Shown here one piece after another: positions 1-12,686 of a stretch of DNA of 64,000 bases (its first letter is position 1; every line of letters begins with the position of its first letter). Origin of the DNA: Takakia lepidozioides (Eukaryota; Plantae; Bryophyta); contig CM060731.1 of the NCBI GenBank assembly GCA_030704615.1, positions 4,030,001 to 4,094,000 on the forward strand, written 5' to 3'. The position numbers and the translations under genes are program-made. The notes under the pieces are model-generated. The model saw only the letters and a list, made by a program, of their open reading frames with translations. It was not told the origin of the DNA and did not search any database.

Positions 1-1188
1 ACACAGGGATGGGTAAAGGTCCTTGAGAGATGTACTCATTGACTGTTCCCTATGAACTTTGGCGTTGAGGTACCCTCAGGCATCGTCACGCCGGATATGC
101 CTCTCTCTCAGTCAGTTCTGGGATTTCTATCCGCCACGGTATGGATCCTCGGCCCCAAAACTTAGAACTCCATAGTGATCACGCACAGCAGCGCACGACA
201 ATCAGATAACAGGGTATTCAGTGTCCAAATATTTGCTGGTATACATGCATACTACAAAGGACAAGAACTGCCAATTTGACATTTGTAGCTTTGATTGCAC
301 TGGCAGTCTCGCTCTGGGCACATAGAGCGGCGGAGGGAGAGGCTAGTCCTACAGGCGATTGGGAGCTGCTAAGATTGTGTGGTTTGTTCCTTACGTGCAG
401 GCCAATCAAGAGGCAAAGAACAACTTTTGCATGCGTTCATATCGGATCCTTTTCAGTGGTGGGACAAGAGGTCTGATAGGGTGAGGCCTTCTATTTTTGC
501 CGAGTTATTTCTTGCTCTTGGAATATTATGTTCAAGGTCTTGTTTCTGAAGGAAGTTGGTACAATGATGTCCTTTTGTGGACTTGGACAATGTCAGTTTG
601 GATCTTTCTCTGACCCCTCCTGCAGTGGTTGTTGTTGGATCAGGATTGTGAATCCATAGCATTGAAGTTGGTGTCCTGAAAACTGTTGCCTGTTGTGGAC
701 CCTTGGTGATTGTTGCCTGGTCTGTATGAGGCTGTGGTGGAAAATACCTTTGCTCAGCTGCACACTCGATGTTTCCACAGAAAAGTCCTAAGTTCACCAG
801 ACTCCAGACACAAGTGCACAAATTACGTCCTTTGGTTTGAGAATCAGTCAAATCGTTCATGGGTAAAAGCAGAGCCAGCTGCCATGTTTCAAGGTCAAGC
901 ACAATTTGGTGATGGTTTGAGTGGCGATGTACACCTTGGAGCTCCAGGCCAAGAATTCAACAGGTATTGTCTGGATGATTCAAAGGGTTCAACTCCAAAA
1001 TAGAGAATGGGTACAGTTCTTCTCTTGAAATAGATGACTGCAGTAGATGTATCACCCTATTGCCATCGGCAAGAAGTCTGTTCACAGGGAAAGATCATCC
1101 TTTGCAGTGTTTATGAGCTTTAGGATCTGTCCTATAGTTTGTGAAGTTTTGTAGATAGGAGTTTTACGGGCTGACAAGGCAAAATTGT

Positions 1189-3099
1189 TTGATGGACACT
1201 AGAGTTGCAGTAAGAGTTGCAGCTCCACCATTTCCATTTCTTTTGAAAGAGGAGCCAAAGGAGGGAGTCAATGAGTTGGCTGGCACTTTTGGGGATGTGA
1301 AGCCACTTTGTAAAGCAGATCAAGTGAAAACTGCACTGCAAATTTTGTACCAGCAAGGTGTTCAAGCCAACTCCAATACTTACATAGGTATCTTGCAAGA
1401 GTGCATTGACATGAAAGACCTAGCAGGGGGAAAACAGGTACACCACCACATAATCCAAAGTTCCTTCAAACCAAGTATTTTCTTACTGAACACCCTTGTC
1501 AACATGTATGTTAAGTGTGGGAGCATTTTGGATGCATGGGATGTGTTTGACAAAATACCTGAACGAGATATGAGTACATGGAATACAATGATAGCTGGGT
1601 ATGTGAAGCATGGGTGTGGTCGGGAGGCTCTCAAGCTCTATGAGCAAATGCAATGGGAAGGGGTTATGCCAAACAGGGTCACGTTCGTTTGCATCCTCAA
1701 TGCTTGTGCCAGACTAAGAGCCCTGGAAATGGGCAAAGAGGTCCACGCTGATATCATCAAAGCTAGAGTTGTGCAAGACATTACCCTGGAGACTGCCCTT
1801 GCTGACATGTATGCCAAGTGCGGGAGCATGAAAGAAGCTCGTCAAGTCTTTGACAGTATGGCTAAAAGAAATGTAGTGTCCTGGACTGCCATGATCACAG
1901 GATATGCCCAGCATAGGTGTGGTAGTGAGGCTTTCGGGATCTACAAGCAAATGCAAGGGGAAGGGGTGACGCCCAACAGGGTCACGTTCATCTGCATTCT
2001 CAATGCGTGTGCCAGATTAGGAGCCCTGGAAAATGGCAGACAGGTCCATGCTGACATCTGCAACAGTAGAATTCCGCCATGTGTGAGTTTGGGGACTGCC
2101 CTTACTGACATGTATGCTAAATGTGGCAGCATGAAGGATGCGCGCAATGTGTTTGACAGTATGGTTATACGAGATGTGGTTTCATGGGGTGCAATCATCG
2201 CAGGGTATGCGCAGCATGGTTGTGGTAGGGAGGTCCTCCAACTTTTTGAACAGATGCAAAAGGAAGGCTTGAAGCCAGATGGTGTCACCTTTACCTCACT
2301 CCTCTCTGCATGTAGCCATGTGGGCCTGGTGGAAGAAGCTCATCATTACTTCGATTGCATGCGGCAGGATCATTGTGTCACTCCAACAGTGGAGCACTAT
2401 GGTTGCATGGTGGACCTGCTTGGCCGTGCAGGGCAATTGGATGAGGCAGTGGACTTCATGTCCAAAATGCCTATCAAACCAGATATTGGGGTGTGGATAG
2501 CCTTGCTTGGTGCATGCAGAATTCATGGCAATCTAGAGAATGCAGAATGTGTGGCAAAAACCCTGCTCAAGTGTTACCCACAGCACCCTGCAGCTTATGT
2601 TCTGCTATCAAACATGTATGCTGCAACTGGCAGGTGGGTCGATAAAGCAAAGATAAGAAAATTGATGGAGGATAGAGGTGTCAGAAAGGAGCAAGGGCAC
2701 AGTTGCATTGAGGTGGAGAACCGGGTGCATAAATTTGTTGTACAAGACAAATTGCATCCACAAATTGACGAGATTCATGATGAGCTCAAGAGATTGTTGG
2801 AGCAGATGAAGGAGGCAGGGTACATCCCTGACACTCGCTTCGTATTACATGATGTTGAGGAAGAGCGAAAGGAAATTTTGCTTTGCCACCACAGTGAGAA
2901 GCTTGCCATTGCTTTTGGACTAATCAGTACACCCCCTGGGACTCCTATCCGTGTTATCAAGAACCTGCGGGTGTGTGGTGACTGCCACTCAGCCACAAAG
3001 TCCATGTCAAGGATTGTTGGGCGAGGAATTATTGTACGGGATGCAAACCGCTTTCACCACTTCCAAGATGGGGTCTGCTCTTGTGGGGATTACTGGTGA
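1189..3099 (+). CDS. PLS-class PPR protein with E1-E2-DYW domains (organellar C-to-U RNA editing factor)
   Basis: Uninterrupted 636-aa ORF with about 11 motifs (L-S-P-L-S-P-L-S-P2-L2-S2), then E domains, PG-box-like [10 protein letters not shown], zinc-binding HSEKLA and CGDCH, and C-terminal CSCGDYW. First ATG is at 1192. A spliced 5' exon is possible: donor AG|GT at 963/964 and an in-frame acceptor at 1178. Confidence 0.96.
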   Translation: MMDTRVAVRVAAPPFPFLLKEEPKEGVNELAGTFGDVKPLCKADQVKTALQILYQQGVQANSNTYIGILQECIDMKDLAGGKQVHHHIIQSSFKPSIFLLNTLVNMYVKCGSILDAWDVFDKIPERDMSTWNTMIAGYVKHGCGREALKLYEQMQWEGVMPNRVTFVCILNACARLRALEMGKEVHADIIKARVVQDITLETALADMYAKCGSMKEARQVFDSMAKRNVVSWTAMITGYAQHRCGSEAFGIYKQMQGEGVTPNRVTFICILNACARLGALENGRQVHADICNSRIPPCVSLGTALTDMYAKCGSMKDARNVFDSMVIRDVVSWGAIIAGYAQHGCGREVLQLFEQMQKEGLKPDGVTFTSLLSACSHVGLVEEAHHYFDCMRQDHCVTPTVEHYGCMVDLLGRAGQLDEAVDFMSKMPIKPDIGVWIALLGACRIHGNLENAECVAKTLLKCYPQHPAAYVLLSNMYAATGRWVDKAKIRKLMEDRGVRKEQGHSCIEVENRVHKFVVQDKLHPQIDEIHDELKRLLEQMKEAGYIPDTRFVLHDVEEERKEILLCHHSEKLAIAFGLISTPPGTPIRVIKNLRVCGDCHSATKSMSRIVGRGIIVRDANRFHHFQDGVCSCGDYW

Positions 3100-4805
3100 A
3101 AAAGCAACATTCATAAAGGTGATGCTTCAAGCACAAGAGCAGAACCACGGAGAAGGGTGCTGGATATCTCTATGAAGATGAAACCTGAAAGAATTGATTC
3201 TTTCGCCGAAGAAGACAGTTCTGTACATCATCTACATTGATTATTTGAACCTCTTCGTAGGAATGCAAGCTTACAGCATGGTCATCCACAAGGATGAACA
3301 CATCCTTAATACATCCACATTCTCGCTAGATTTCATCATTACATTTGGCATATTATAACAAATGCATGTAATCCATGCCAGCCTGCCATATAGGTTGTGA
3401 CTTGTGATGCAAGTCCTGATGATTGAGTTGAGGTTATGGAGCCTTCCTGTTCTTTCTGATCATTTAATGCAGAAATTGCCCCAAAACAGTACCTTCATGC
3501 TCTCTTTCTCGGTTTTTTCCACTTCTTGTTTCCCTGCCCTCTTTACTATGAGATCCACTCTTTACTATGAGATCCACGGAGACTCAACTGTCCTCACAGA
3601 AGTCTTCCATTCGAGGATCCGAAATTTCAATGAGAGCAAATAGGATAGGAGAAAATACAAGTCATTGTCTGCCTTGGGGAGAGAATATCAGACTGCGATG
3701 GCTGGTACAGACTCACACATGCATAAAACTATTCATGTAGGGATTTCATTCATTTTTAGATATGGATGAGATATTCCCATTGCACCTGTATTAATCTAAT
3801 TCGAAACTTAATCGCAAGCATCAAAAACCCTTTTCCTTAGAAAGGTAGGGCCAACAAAAAGAAAGGGTGAGAATTTTCCCATGTGAAGTTTGACCAAGCA
3901 TTTCTGGAATGTTATGGATTTGTCATATGAGAATGTCCGATTGCATATGCCATGGCATCTACAAGGTGTTGTCTCTAAATTTGAGCCCACCCTTGAAGAA
4001 TTTGGGGGTTGTTTAAAGTGCTTACTCGACTAGTTAGTTGGACAAAGCACAGACAGATGCCTTGTCGGGTGTGGTATGACCTTCTCCCCCTTCCTTTGGG
4101 CAGTGTCCAATGAGCCTTGTGCTCGGCCCCATTGCAGGTAGTCGATGGCCGAGATTCTCTTAGTTCGACGGCTCCAACAGGAAGAAACTTTCACGGCGGG
4201 AAGTTCACCCTGGCCGACAAATTCCATTCCATCCCCCCTAACAGCCTTTGGGGGTGAAAAAGACCATAATTTTCAAAATTCTCTCTTAGACATATATATA
4301 CATATAGGTTCCGGGATGAATTGTATCCACTTTTTTACTTTCATCCAAAGAAGTTTTAACCGTGGATGAAATGTCCGTTGGGGCACTTGAAGTGTGAATA
4401 CATCGGAATGTGGGATAAGAGGGGTGTATCGATGAGTGGGGAAAGTAAACTCGTCGTGGGATCATGAAGAAGGGCGTTTGCAGTTTGCAGTTTGAACCCT
4501 AGTCTCATGGGCCAATGCACACAGACACCACTAGACAGAAAGGAAGTATGGAAATCATATTTGTCACGCAGAATGCCACGTAAGTACAAAGATGAAAGTT
4601 GTCTTTCCCCATTCGCATGAAGGGGTAAATAGTTGAAATGTTTTAATATGATACATACACAAGCGGTAATTTACGATTTGATACACATCTTTGCGGGCTA
4701 GTTGTACGTGGGCGATTTAATATGCCCAACGTACAGTGCTGCCCAACACAGTGAGAATGAGAATCGGTATGCGCACAACTGTGTTCATGTGCGTGCAGGT
4801 CTAAC

Positions 4806-6156
4806 TTAGACGGCGGAGGCAGCAGGGGTGCCGCCATAGTTGTTGCCCTTTCCAGTCAAGCCAGCGCCCGTGCCAGTGCCATTGTTGCCATACCCACCAG
4901 GACCATATTGGCTACCCAAAAGGCCAGCGTGCAATGTCAGCAAATACAGCAGTTCGAGGAAAGCCAGTATGATTATGAGTGCTTCCAACGCTTTCTGCAC
5001 ATTACCAGTAGTTTGAAATCAAGAGAATGGATTAGCTCGGAAAGCTCAACTATCTCATGTCCACCTATGTGAAGTCGCAAGCACTTGCAAGTCCTGCAAG
5101 TCTTGGAGAACTCGCACTCTCATGAGAGAACCTACGGAAATAGAGGATTTGCGGTTTATCACAGATTTTCTTTGAAAGAAGTACCGACAGGCCCTAAAGA
5201 AGACAGTTGCCAGAGGGAAACAGCCTTCTTACCAGCCTTTTGGGTCGAACTCCACCCATGTGAATCTCCTTGCAAGCAAGTCTGCACATATAAATAACAC
5301 ATTTAGTATAAGGTACTTTTAGCGCATATAAAGACCTCCACCTCCATCTGGTTGAAGGTGCGTGTTTCATACTAAATGTTACAGCTTAATCTTACAGAGG
5401 TGGTATGAGAGCATGGGGAACTTTCTCAAAGAATTTACCCTAAAGCAAGAAGGGTGAGGAGCCACGCAATCAAGGAGGTGGCAGTTGCAGCTGCCACGGT
5501 ATCATTGCGCCACACACGCACATGATGGATGCCGGCAAACACCGAGGCCAGACCCACCACGCTGGCTAGGAGAGCAAGTGGCAAGAAATAGCTTGACACA
5601 TTTCCGAGGCCTGCACAAAACCTCAATGCTGTTAAGACTAAATTCCCCGTGAAAGCTAAACTTGAAACCTAGAGACGTCAGTAACTTTCATCATTCTCTC
5701 ATTCTGGAGTGCCGCAGATAGCAAACAGGCCAGAGCTGAAACAAACGACACTTGGCATCTGTAACACCCACTATAAAGTATCGTTCAGCTTTGAGCAACT
5801 TTAAGATTTTGTTATAGCTAATCTAGACCAGAAAAAATCGCAACATACAAATGCTCAGCAGAAGTATTCAAAACTACGTCAAAAAATGTGTGACAAACGG
5901 AGAGGACAGATAGTAATTCCAAGAAGAGAAGCTGGACCGCCAACGCTAATTTCACTGCCTACATGACTTCGGTACTCAATACCAGGTGCCAAGAAAGTTG
6001 GCGTAGCGTACCTGTAACACTTCCTTCACCCGCGCCAACGGAAGCGTCGATATTTCTGTTCACAGCCCATCCTGCTAGAGCGGCAGCAATGAGGTATAGA
6101 ATGAAGTTCAGACCGAGTAGTGGCGTAGACAAACCTCGTCCAATTCCGAAAGCCAT
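4806..6156 (-). CDS. AWPM-19-like (PM19-like) ABA-induced plasma membrane protein, 4 exons
   Basis: Exons 6156-6012, 5610-5439, 5281-5233 and 4994-4806 splice in frame with GT-AG ends. The protein contains PLLGLNFILYLIAAALAGWAVN, GN..SYFL..ALLASVVGLASVFAGIHHVRVWR.DT, LALGLACKEIH and RLKALEA..IILAF.ELLYLL.LHAG, the typical AWPM-19 motifs, followed by a Gly-rich tail. Confidence 0.92.
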
Positions 6157-6454
6157 TACGTCTGACCTTTTCAAGCTTACACGGATCTGTAAATTGTGAA
6201 GATATTTCAGAGCAGGAAGAAGAAGGCCTCACTCCCCAGTGCAACCCCCTTGCTGGCTCGAACAATCTACACAACTCGGAGAAATCTTGCCACAGAGGGG
6301 ATTGTAGAACAAGATTACAGCTCGGGAGAGATGAGAAATTGCTAACAAGGCTGCTACACTGTCCTAATGCGCGCGTTATAAAAGACTGCGCAGCTAACTT
6401 GACCTTAGTTAGTTTCTAACCACAGCTGGCTATGGCATGGCCCCCATCATTCCC

Positions 6455-6550
6455 TTGCCATGCTCCCATTGGCTGACAATTCCACGATCCTGCATGAGTC
6501 CGACATGGTATTTCCCTCTTCTTACACGTGGCGGAGGCGAGGTATGCATG
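6455..6550. promoter_or_regulatory. Candidate ABA/desiccation-responsive cis-element cluster upstream of the PM19-like gene
   Basis: G-box/ABRE CACGTGGC at 6525-6532, RY-like (T)GCATG/CATGC motifs near 6455-6495 and 6545, and a CCGAC (DRE/CRT core) near 6500. A TATA-like tract lies at about 6376-6383. Confidence 0.5.
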
Positions 6551-6889
6551 GACCTCCATCTGTCCAATGCCACCTGTCCTGCCTCCCTGCTTTTTGTTCT
6601 ATCCTACGCGCTCCTTGCTACCTGCCATCCTACACTACAGTTAGAGAGGGTACCAGGTAGAGAGGCCGGTAGGTAGGTAACGGATAGAATTGCCGGCTGG
6701 CCTCCGACACAACCTACCTGCACACACACTGTCCTTGAGTTTCGCCCCAAGTATCGCCAGCCCTTTTTCCTCGGTGACTTATCCTAAACTGACGACTATT
6801 CCATTTTTAAACTGAGAACAATAGCAATAATGTAACAACTTAATTCAAGCGTGCCATCCCTGCCACCAACGGTAAGCCAGTTGCCAGCC

Positions 6890-9800
6890 TATCAAATCTT
6901 CCCCACCACCTCCTGAGAGTGACACCAGCCACTGGACTGATACGGAAGGATCGGAGTGACACTAGGAGTTGGAGTGACATTGGACACCAGAGTGACTCGG
7001 AAGGGAGTGTAACTCCAATTAGTGTAATTCTGTCGAAAAATTTGATAGTCCAGAGAGGAAGTTATATCGGAGTGAGACGGATTGGGGTGACACTCATTGG
7101 AGTGACACAAGTTTCAAATAAATCCATCGAAAATTGATTCCGGTACCTCATAGATAACATCACCATTGGCTCACCAGCAGATTACTCATTGCTCCAATAA
7201 TAAAGTAAAGATCTATAATAGTAAGTCTGGGATAAGAGGGGAGTGGGGAGAATTTGACAGGGGCTTGCCGGAGGACACACCACACGCCTTCTGTTCATAT
7301 AATATTCCTATTGTCTTTATTTTTAAATCGTTTTCCTTTTTGTTCGGAGAATTGAAATTATTGGATGTTGAATTGAAAGGGGGTCCAAAATTTCCCCCCT
7401 TCTCTGTACCAACTTGGCCCGGCCAGAATTGTGAGCTGTCGCTCCCTTACTAAAAATATATAAGATATATATATATTATTATTTCTACTATTGTTAATGT
7501 TCCAAAGTTAGTGGATGGCCCACGCCAATCATGGATGAATGTCAGTAGCTGCCAAGTGTAAGAACAACAACGAGGAAAGGCACGTGGTCGGGTAGGGAGG
7601 GCACACGTGGGCCAGACAACGTGCTGTAGGGGTAATCTGTGGCACCGGTGATTGCCGGTTGCATCTGCGATTGCGTTTATATACCAAAAATAAAATCTGA
7701 AGATGATTTCATATTGCCCGCACTCCGCTTTGACTGCCCGCGCCTGTGGTGGCGCCACGCGCCCAGCAGTGCGCGGCCTGCACTGCTTGCCACCGTCGTC
7801 GTCCTCCCTTTTTTGGGGTGGCTTTTGCATGTTGCGCGGGCAGAGGCTTTGGCGCTTGGTTTCATTGAGAAGCTTCCTGTCGAGTGTTCTATTCCGACGA
7901 CAACCAAGTTGTAACCCAGTGGTAATGGGCACATACCACCTCAGAAGTGGGGCTGTGGGTTCAATGTTCAATCCACCAATCGGTGTCACAAAGGTGTCCA
8001 CCTTTCCACCGGAAACCGGTAGCCTTGTGGGTAATTTATGCTTCTTTTGGGAGACGTCATTCGCCCACTTTTGTATTCCGACATTTGTGGGAATATGACA
8101 AGGCAGAAAGAAGAGAAGAGGAGAGAAGACTGAGAGAGAAGACTGCAGCGCAAGCTGGCGTAACTCAGAAGTAACTTGGAAGCCACTTCACCTTGTTGGC
8201 CCCTTAAGGTCGCTGGGTTCCGTGAATGAATAGAAGTAAAAAGAGGAGATCCAGAGTTCCCATGGAGGTATCTTTTCCCAGGAGTTGGTCTGCTCCAGAG
8301 TCCTGAAGTAGAAGGGATGCCTTGCTTTCATCTCTAGTGAATTTGGTTCAAAAAACATGATAGCTATGCAGGGTTTTTTTTTAAGGATTTTGAAATGGGG
8401 TACAAGTGGCCCACTCTAGGTAATTTTCCTCGAATTGGTAGGCTACATATATTACCACTCTTGTCATATTCTACGAATCAAATGGATGTTGATGAGCAAT
8501 AGAAGGCAAAGTACAGAAATAGTTGAAAGCCAGAATACACGAATGGAGAAAACCGTAGGCTAATTGGTTCAAATGAGGTGTATAGTTGTGGCAAGGCAGG
8601 CGAGGAGCAATCTCCATGGGAAGTGGAGGAGGCCCCACAACCCTGAACCCACTCCTCATCCCGGCCGTCAGATCATCCTGCATGGGCCTGCCATGGCAAC
8701 ATTTGTGCCCCTTGGTCCACGGGCGAGGACCTTTTCGAGACCCCCCACTTTTTGGCGAAAAATGCCTTATTTGGCCCTGCCTTCCTATGGCATGACTACG
8801 CAAAGGTTTCAGCTGCTTATCGCTGCTCTAGCACCCGTACTTTCGATTACTCTTCCAATTCGATTACTCTGCCACCAAAATATTCTGTCCATATTTTTAA
8901 TGAATGGCATCCTCTGGATGAACAGTTCATGGTCAGAACTAGTTTTGTTTGGCCTTTAGGTCTGGAGTTCAACTTCTTGTGCATGCCATAAATGAGGATA
9001 TTACCCTACGTGCCACCCGGGTGATTCAGGGCTCAAATCCTGTTATCGCGATATTTATTAATAAACATTGTGTGATCTTCCAGATTTTTATTATCTAGTC
9101 ATAATTATTAGAGGGCAGGGCTTGCATGAATTGGATGCATTTGTTTTGTTTCATTCACCAAGGGGATTTGGCCAAAGGGCGAAAAATCGCCAATAAATAA
9201 ACGATGTAGCTAAGTGTACATTCTTGGCTTGGGTGGTGCATTTGTTGAAATATGATCAACTTATACCGTCCCTTAACAACGGATTAGGCAATAATTAATT
9301 CAAAATAAAAGTGCCTAACGAATTCTATGAATTTCTCAGATTTAAGCCTAATTTCGGGAAATTATGGGACCAAAGCGCCTAATGCCCAAAAATTCCACCA
9401 AAAAACTTGCAAGCCTCTTCTCATGTTGTTTGTAATAAGATCAATATTTCTTTGAACAAAAATCAATACAAATATATGCGTGCGGAAATAACTTCCTACA
9501 AATCACAATCTATTTGCGAGAGCTCCATGTAACTTCGAAAGGCCCTTGCATGGACTCGACAATGTCATGGGAATGCTCAAGTCACTCAGGTCATGCTCAT
9601 GACAGCATGTACCAACGTGCCTACACTAGTGTGGAGTATCAATATTGAACTCATCTAAAGTGATAGAGCAAAGGGAGAGCTTGCATGTACCAGCTTGAGC
9701 CTTGGAGCACCGCGTACAACAAAGAGGGGCATTTTTAGGGTTTCAAAGGAAATGAAAGGTAGCTGGAGCTTGGAAGGGCCCATGGGCATTGGATGTCTAT

Positions 9801-10712
9801 TTTTGTAATTTTATTCTTAAGAAAATAGATGTTTTCTCTTCTCATGTGCCTAATTCTAAAAATTGTAGCATGCAATGCCTAATTTGAGAACTTGTTTTCA
9901 AAACATGCCTAATTTTTTGATTGATTAAGTTTGGATTTAGGCGCAAAAATGCCTAATCCGTTGTCAAGGGACGGGTAGTATGAATCATGGTAGATAGTAA
10001 TGCTTCTCATTATAAGATTTATAGTGTCTTCAATGCATGCATGGCCCCAGGTATGGTGGAGCCACAGGTAGCCCCAAGATAGGCCGACCTAGGGGGTCTC
10101 TGCTAGGAGGGTCTCCTCGTCGGACCGGGGGAGAGTGTCTCATCCTGCCACCTCTTGCCTAGGCTGTCCAAGGCCAGAAATGAAGTTTCTAGGGATAATT
10201 TGGTTTTACTGGGTAGCTTAGCGAGAAAGATACTAGGAATAATGTAAGAATTTAATGGACGCGCTCGATCTGACGGTACTTTTGCTGGGATTCCGGCAGC
10301 CTAAGCTCCTACGGCGGGGACCCTGTCAAATCCTCCCCACCCCCTCTTAACTCTGTTTCACTATTATAAGAATCCAAGTGGGTTTCATGTTGTGGTGGGT
10401 AGTGTGATGGTAAGGTGATAGCATTGCAGGTGGCAAGATTCTTTGTTTGATTCTTGATGGGGGAAGGCTCTTGTAGTGTGGGTCTCTCATGTACTCTCAT
10501 GTAACCCTGGTTTCTCCATTTTCTACTTATTCAAATTTCAAGACCAAGTGTGAGTGTAACTCCACTCTGTGTAACCCTGAGTGGAGCCACACACCTCGTC
10601 GCGTAACCCAATGTAACCCCAAGTGGCTTTACACACCTCGTCATGTAACCCAGTGTAACCCCGACTGGAGTTTACACTCCTTCAGTCAAGAGAAGGTGGG
10701 GAAGATTTGACA
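6890..10712. mobile_element. Non-autonomous TIR DNA transposon (~3.8 kb) with subterminal repeat arrays
   Basis: TCAAATCTTCCCCACC (6892-6907) is the exact reverse complement of 10695-10710 and extends imperfectly to about 28 bp (TATCAAA.../...TTTGACA). GGAGTGACA-like repeats at 6915-7110 mirror TGTAACCC-like repeats at 10500-10665. There is no transposase ORF, and the TSD is unclear (AGCC vs TGCC). Confidence 0.7.
9266..9975. mobile_element. Tc1/mariner-type (Stowaway-like) MITE nested in the TIR element
   Basis: TIR CCGTCCCTTAACAACGGATTAGGCA (9266-9290) pairs with the reverse complement of 9950-9975. TA dinucleotides flank it at 9264-9265 and 9976-9977, and GCCTAA(T) subterminal repeats are present. 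Confidence 0.8.
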
Positions 10713-10782
10713 TGCCGGAAACCAGCATACCATCCTGTGAAAGGTTGCACGTGTGCATTAAGTTCTTACATTATTCCTATTA

Positions 10783-11529
10783 CAGTCTACCCTGGATAAA
10801 TGTTACCTCTATAAACGTCAAACTACCATAAATGTTAAGAAAATTTTACTCCCCTACTTGTGCACACTAGCAAATGTTAAGTCTTATTTGTTAACAATTG
10901 GTTACTCCCCTCTTTGTTAACTTGCCCTCCGTAAATGTTAAGTGTACCATAAAGGCTTCACCTAAGAGGAGAAAGTAGTATAAGTTCCAACTAGATTATG
11001 ATAAGATTCCATCTTAAAACATAACCAATCGGAAGACCAGAAAGTAAGTGGGAGGTACTACTAAAGTGAATAGTGAAGCAAGTGTATATACAACATATCG
11101 AGACTTGATATGGAGGTTATTTCTGAGATACAACGAATGTATGTTCAGCATTTTGAGACTTGACATGCAGGATGTTTTCGAGAGACGAGATCACATAAGT
11201 TATGTGGTAGTTGTACCTGCATTAGCTATTTTGCAAGTAGATGGTATCGATTGGTCTTTAGTGAGTGTAGTTAAAATATTCTTGAAATACCTATGCAGTT
11301 TTCTTTTTGGTTGTTGATAGGTAGGCCCACCCACATACAATTAGATAGATGTGTTGTACTAATAAGTTAGATATTAGGTGATTAATAAAGATGAAAGACA
11401 ACTCACAAACAAAGAGAGAATAGAATATATTACACTTTATTTCATAAGTGTTACTTTCATAATTTTTACATTTGTTAAATGTTACATTCTGTAAATGTTA
11501 ATGTGTTACAACTAACCCCTTCATGACTG
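10783..11529. mobile_element. Possible degenerate TA-flanked (Tc1/pogo-like) element
   Basis: TA|CAGTC ... GACTG|TA termini (only a 5-bp inverted match), AT-rich interior, and AAATGTTA repeat clusters at both ends. Confidence 0.3.
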
Positions 11530-12686
11530 TATCTTCCATTGGAATGTTGTGCACCCTAAACCTTTTGCAGAATTTATAAAAATGCATTGATTGCTTCTGC
11601 AATACTATACAAACTGACATGTCTAAATGGGTCCGGCCAGGTGTTAGATTACCATTAGTGCAACAGGCTAGAAATTAAAATTTTGGAAGACCATAGTCTT
11701 TGGAAAAGTGGATGGCAAGAGGGGTTGCTTCATGTTGATCTTCATGTGGGAGCCCTCACAACTTAGGCTCAGTTGATCCTGGTGGGACAGAGGTGTAATG
11801 CAGAAAAACAATTAAGCAATTGTGCCCGAAGAAATGAAAGAGCTATTCGTCTATTATGCTTTCATCATACCTTCAACTTAGAGCTCTGATCACCTGTTGC
11901 CTAAGTTTGCTTGTGGGTATAATATTGAAAAGTGAGAGACAGAAGCTGGGAAACCCCATTCATGAATGTGGTGTCCCTCCTAACAGGGAAAGTAGTGTTG
12001 GGGCCAGTAGCATGCCGGGTTGGTGTAAAACAGCACAGGACTGCGTGTCTATGTTCTTTGAAGTTTGAACTTGTGGTGAACAGAGGGAACAGGAGCTTCT
12101 ATGAAGCTCAAGATCAGCACTTTGGGACTCTGAACAAAACAGCGTGCCTAGTCTTGCATGGGTGTGTGAAGCCAACCCAATATAAATCCAATTGCAGACA
12201 TTACAATTAATACACTGTTGTATGGAGGGATATAGGTCACTACCCCTCTGACATCCATCAACCTTCAATCTCTCTGCTACCTCCTAGGTAGATAGGATAA
12301 CCCTGAAGTAAAGATGATACAATTCATACTTAATTACTTCCAGGTCTGCTAGGAGGCCCACTCGCTAACATCTTAAGTGGTAAAATCAATGCCAACATCT
12401 TTACTTGTAAATACAAAGGTTTGCACTGAACAAAACATAAAACCCAAGTTTATTCAACAACCCTACATCTGACAGGCAATATGCAAATCAAATACTGCTA
12501 CAAACCTTGCTCCTCATCACTTCTTTGCTTCCTCTATGTTCTCGCTGTATTTCTCTCTTCCTCTCTCCCTCCAGTTTTCTCATAAGACTAATGCCAGTAA
12601 AACCTCAATAATATACTCACCCAATGATCCATCTTTCTCCTTCCACCTCTCTGGAAAAACATGGACAAAGATTGGGCTACTTTTCA

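Noticed and set aside
3539-3577. 19-bp tandem duplication CTTTACTATGAGATCCAC
   Set aside because: A simple local slippage duplication downstream of the PPR gene with no further structure.
7450-8098. Overlapping 90-180 aa ORFs inside the TIR element
   Set aside because: GC-rich chance ORFs with no recognisable transposase or other domain.
10500-10665. Spaced TGTAACCC repeats as a CRISPR-like array
   Set aside because: The repeats are short and degenerate, the spacers resemble each other, the context is eukaryotic with no cas genes, and they mirror the other end of a TIR element.
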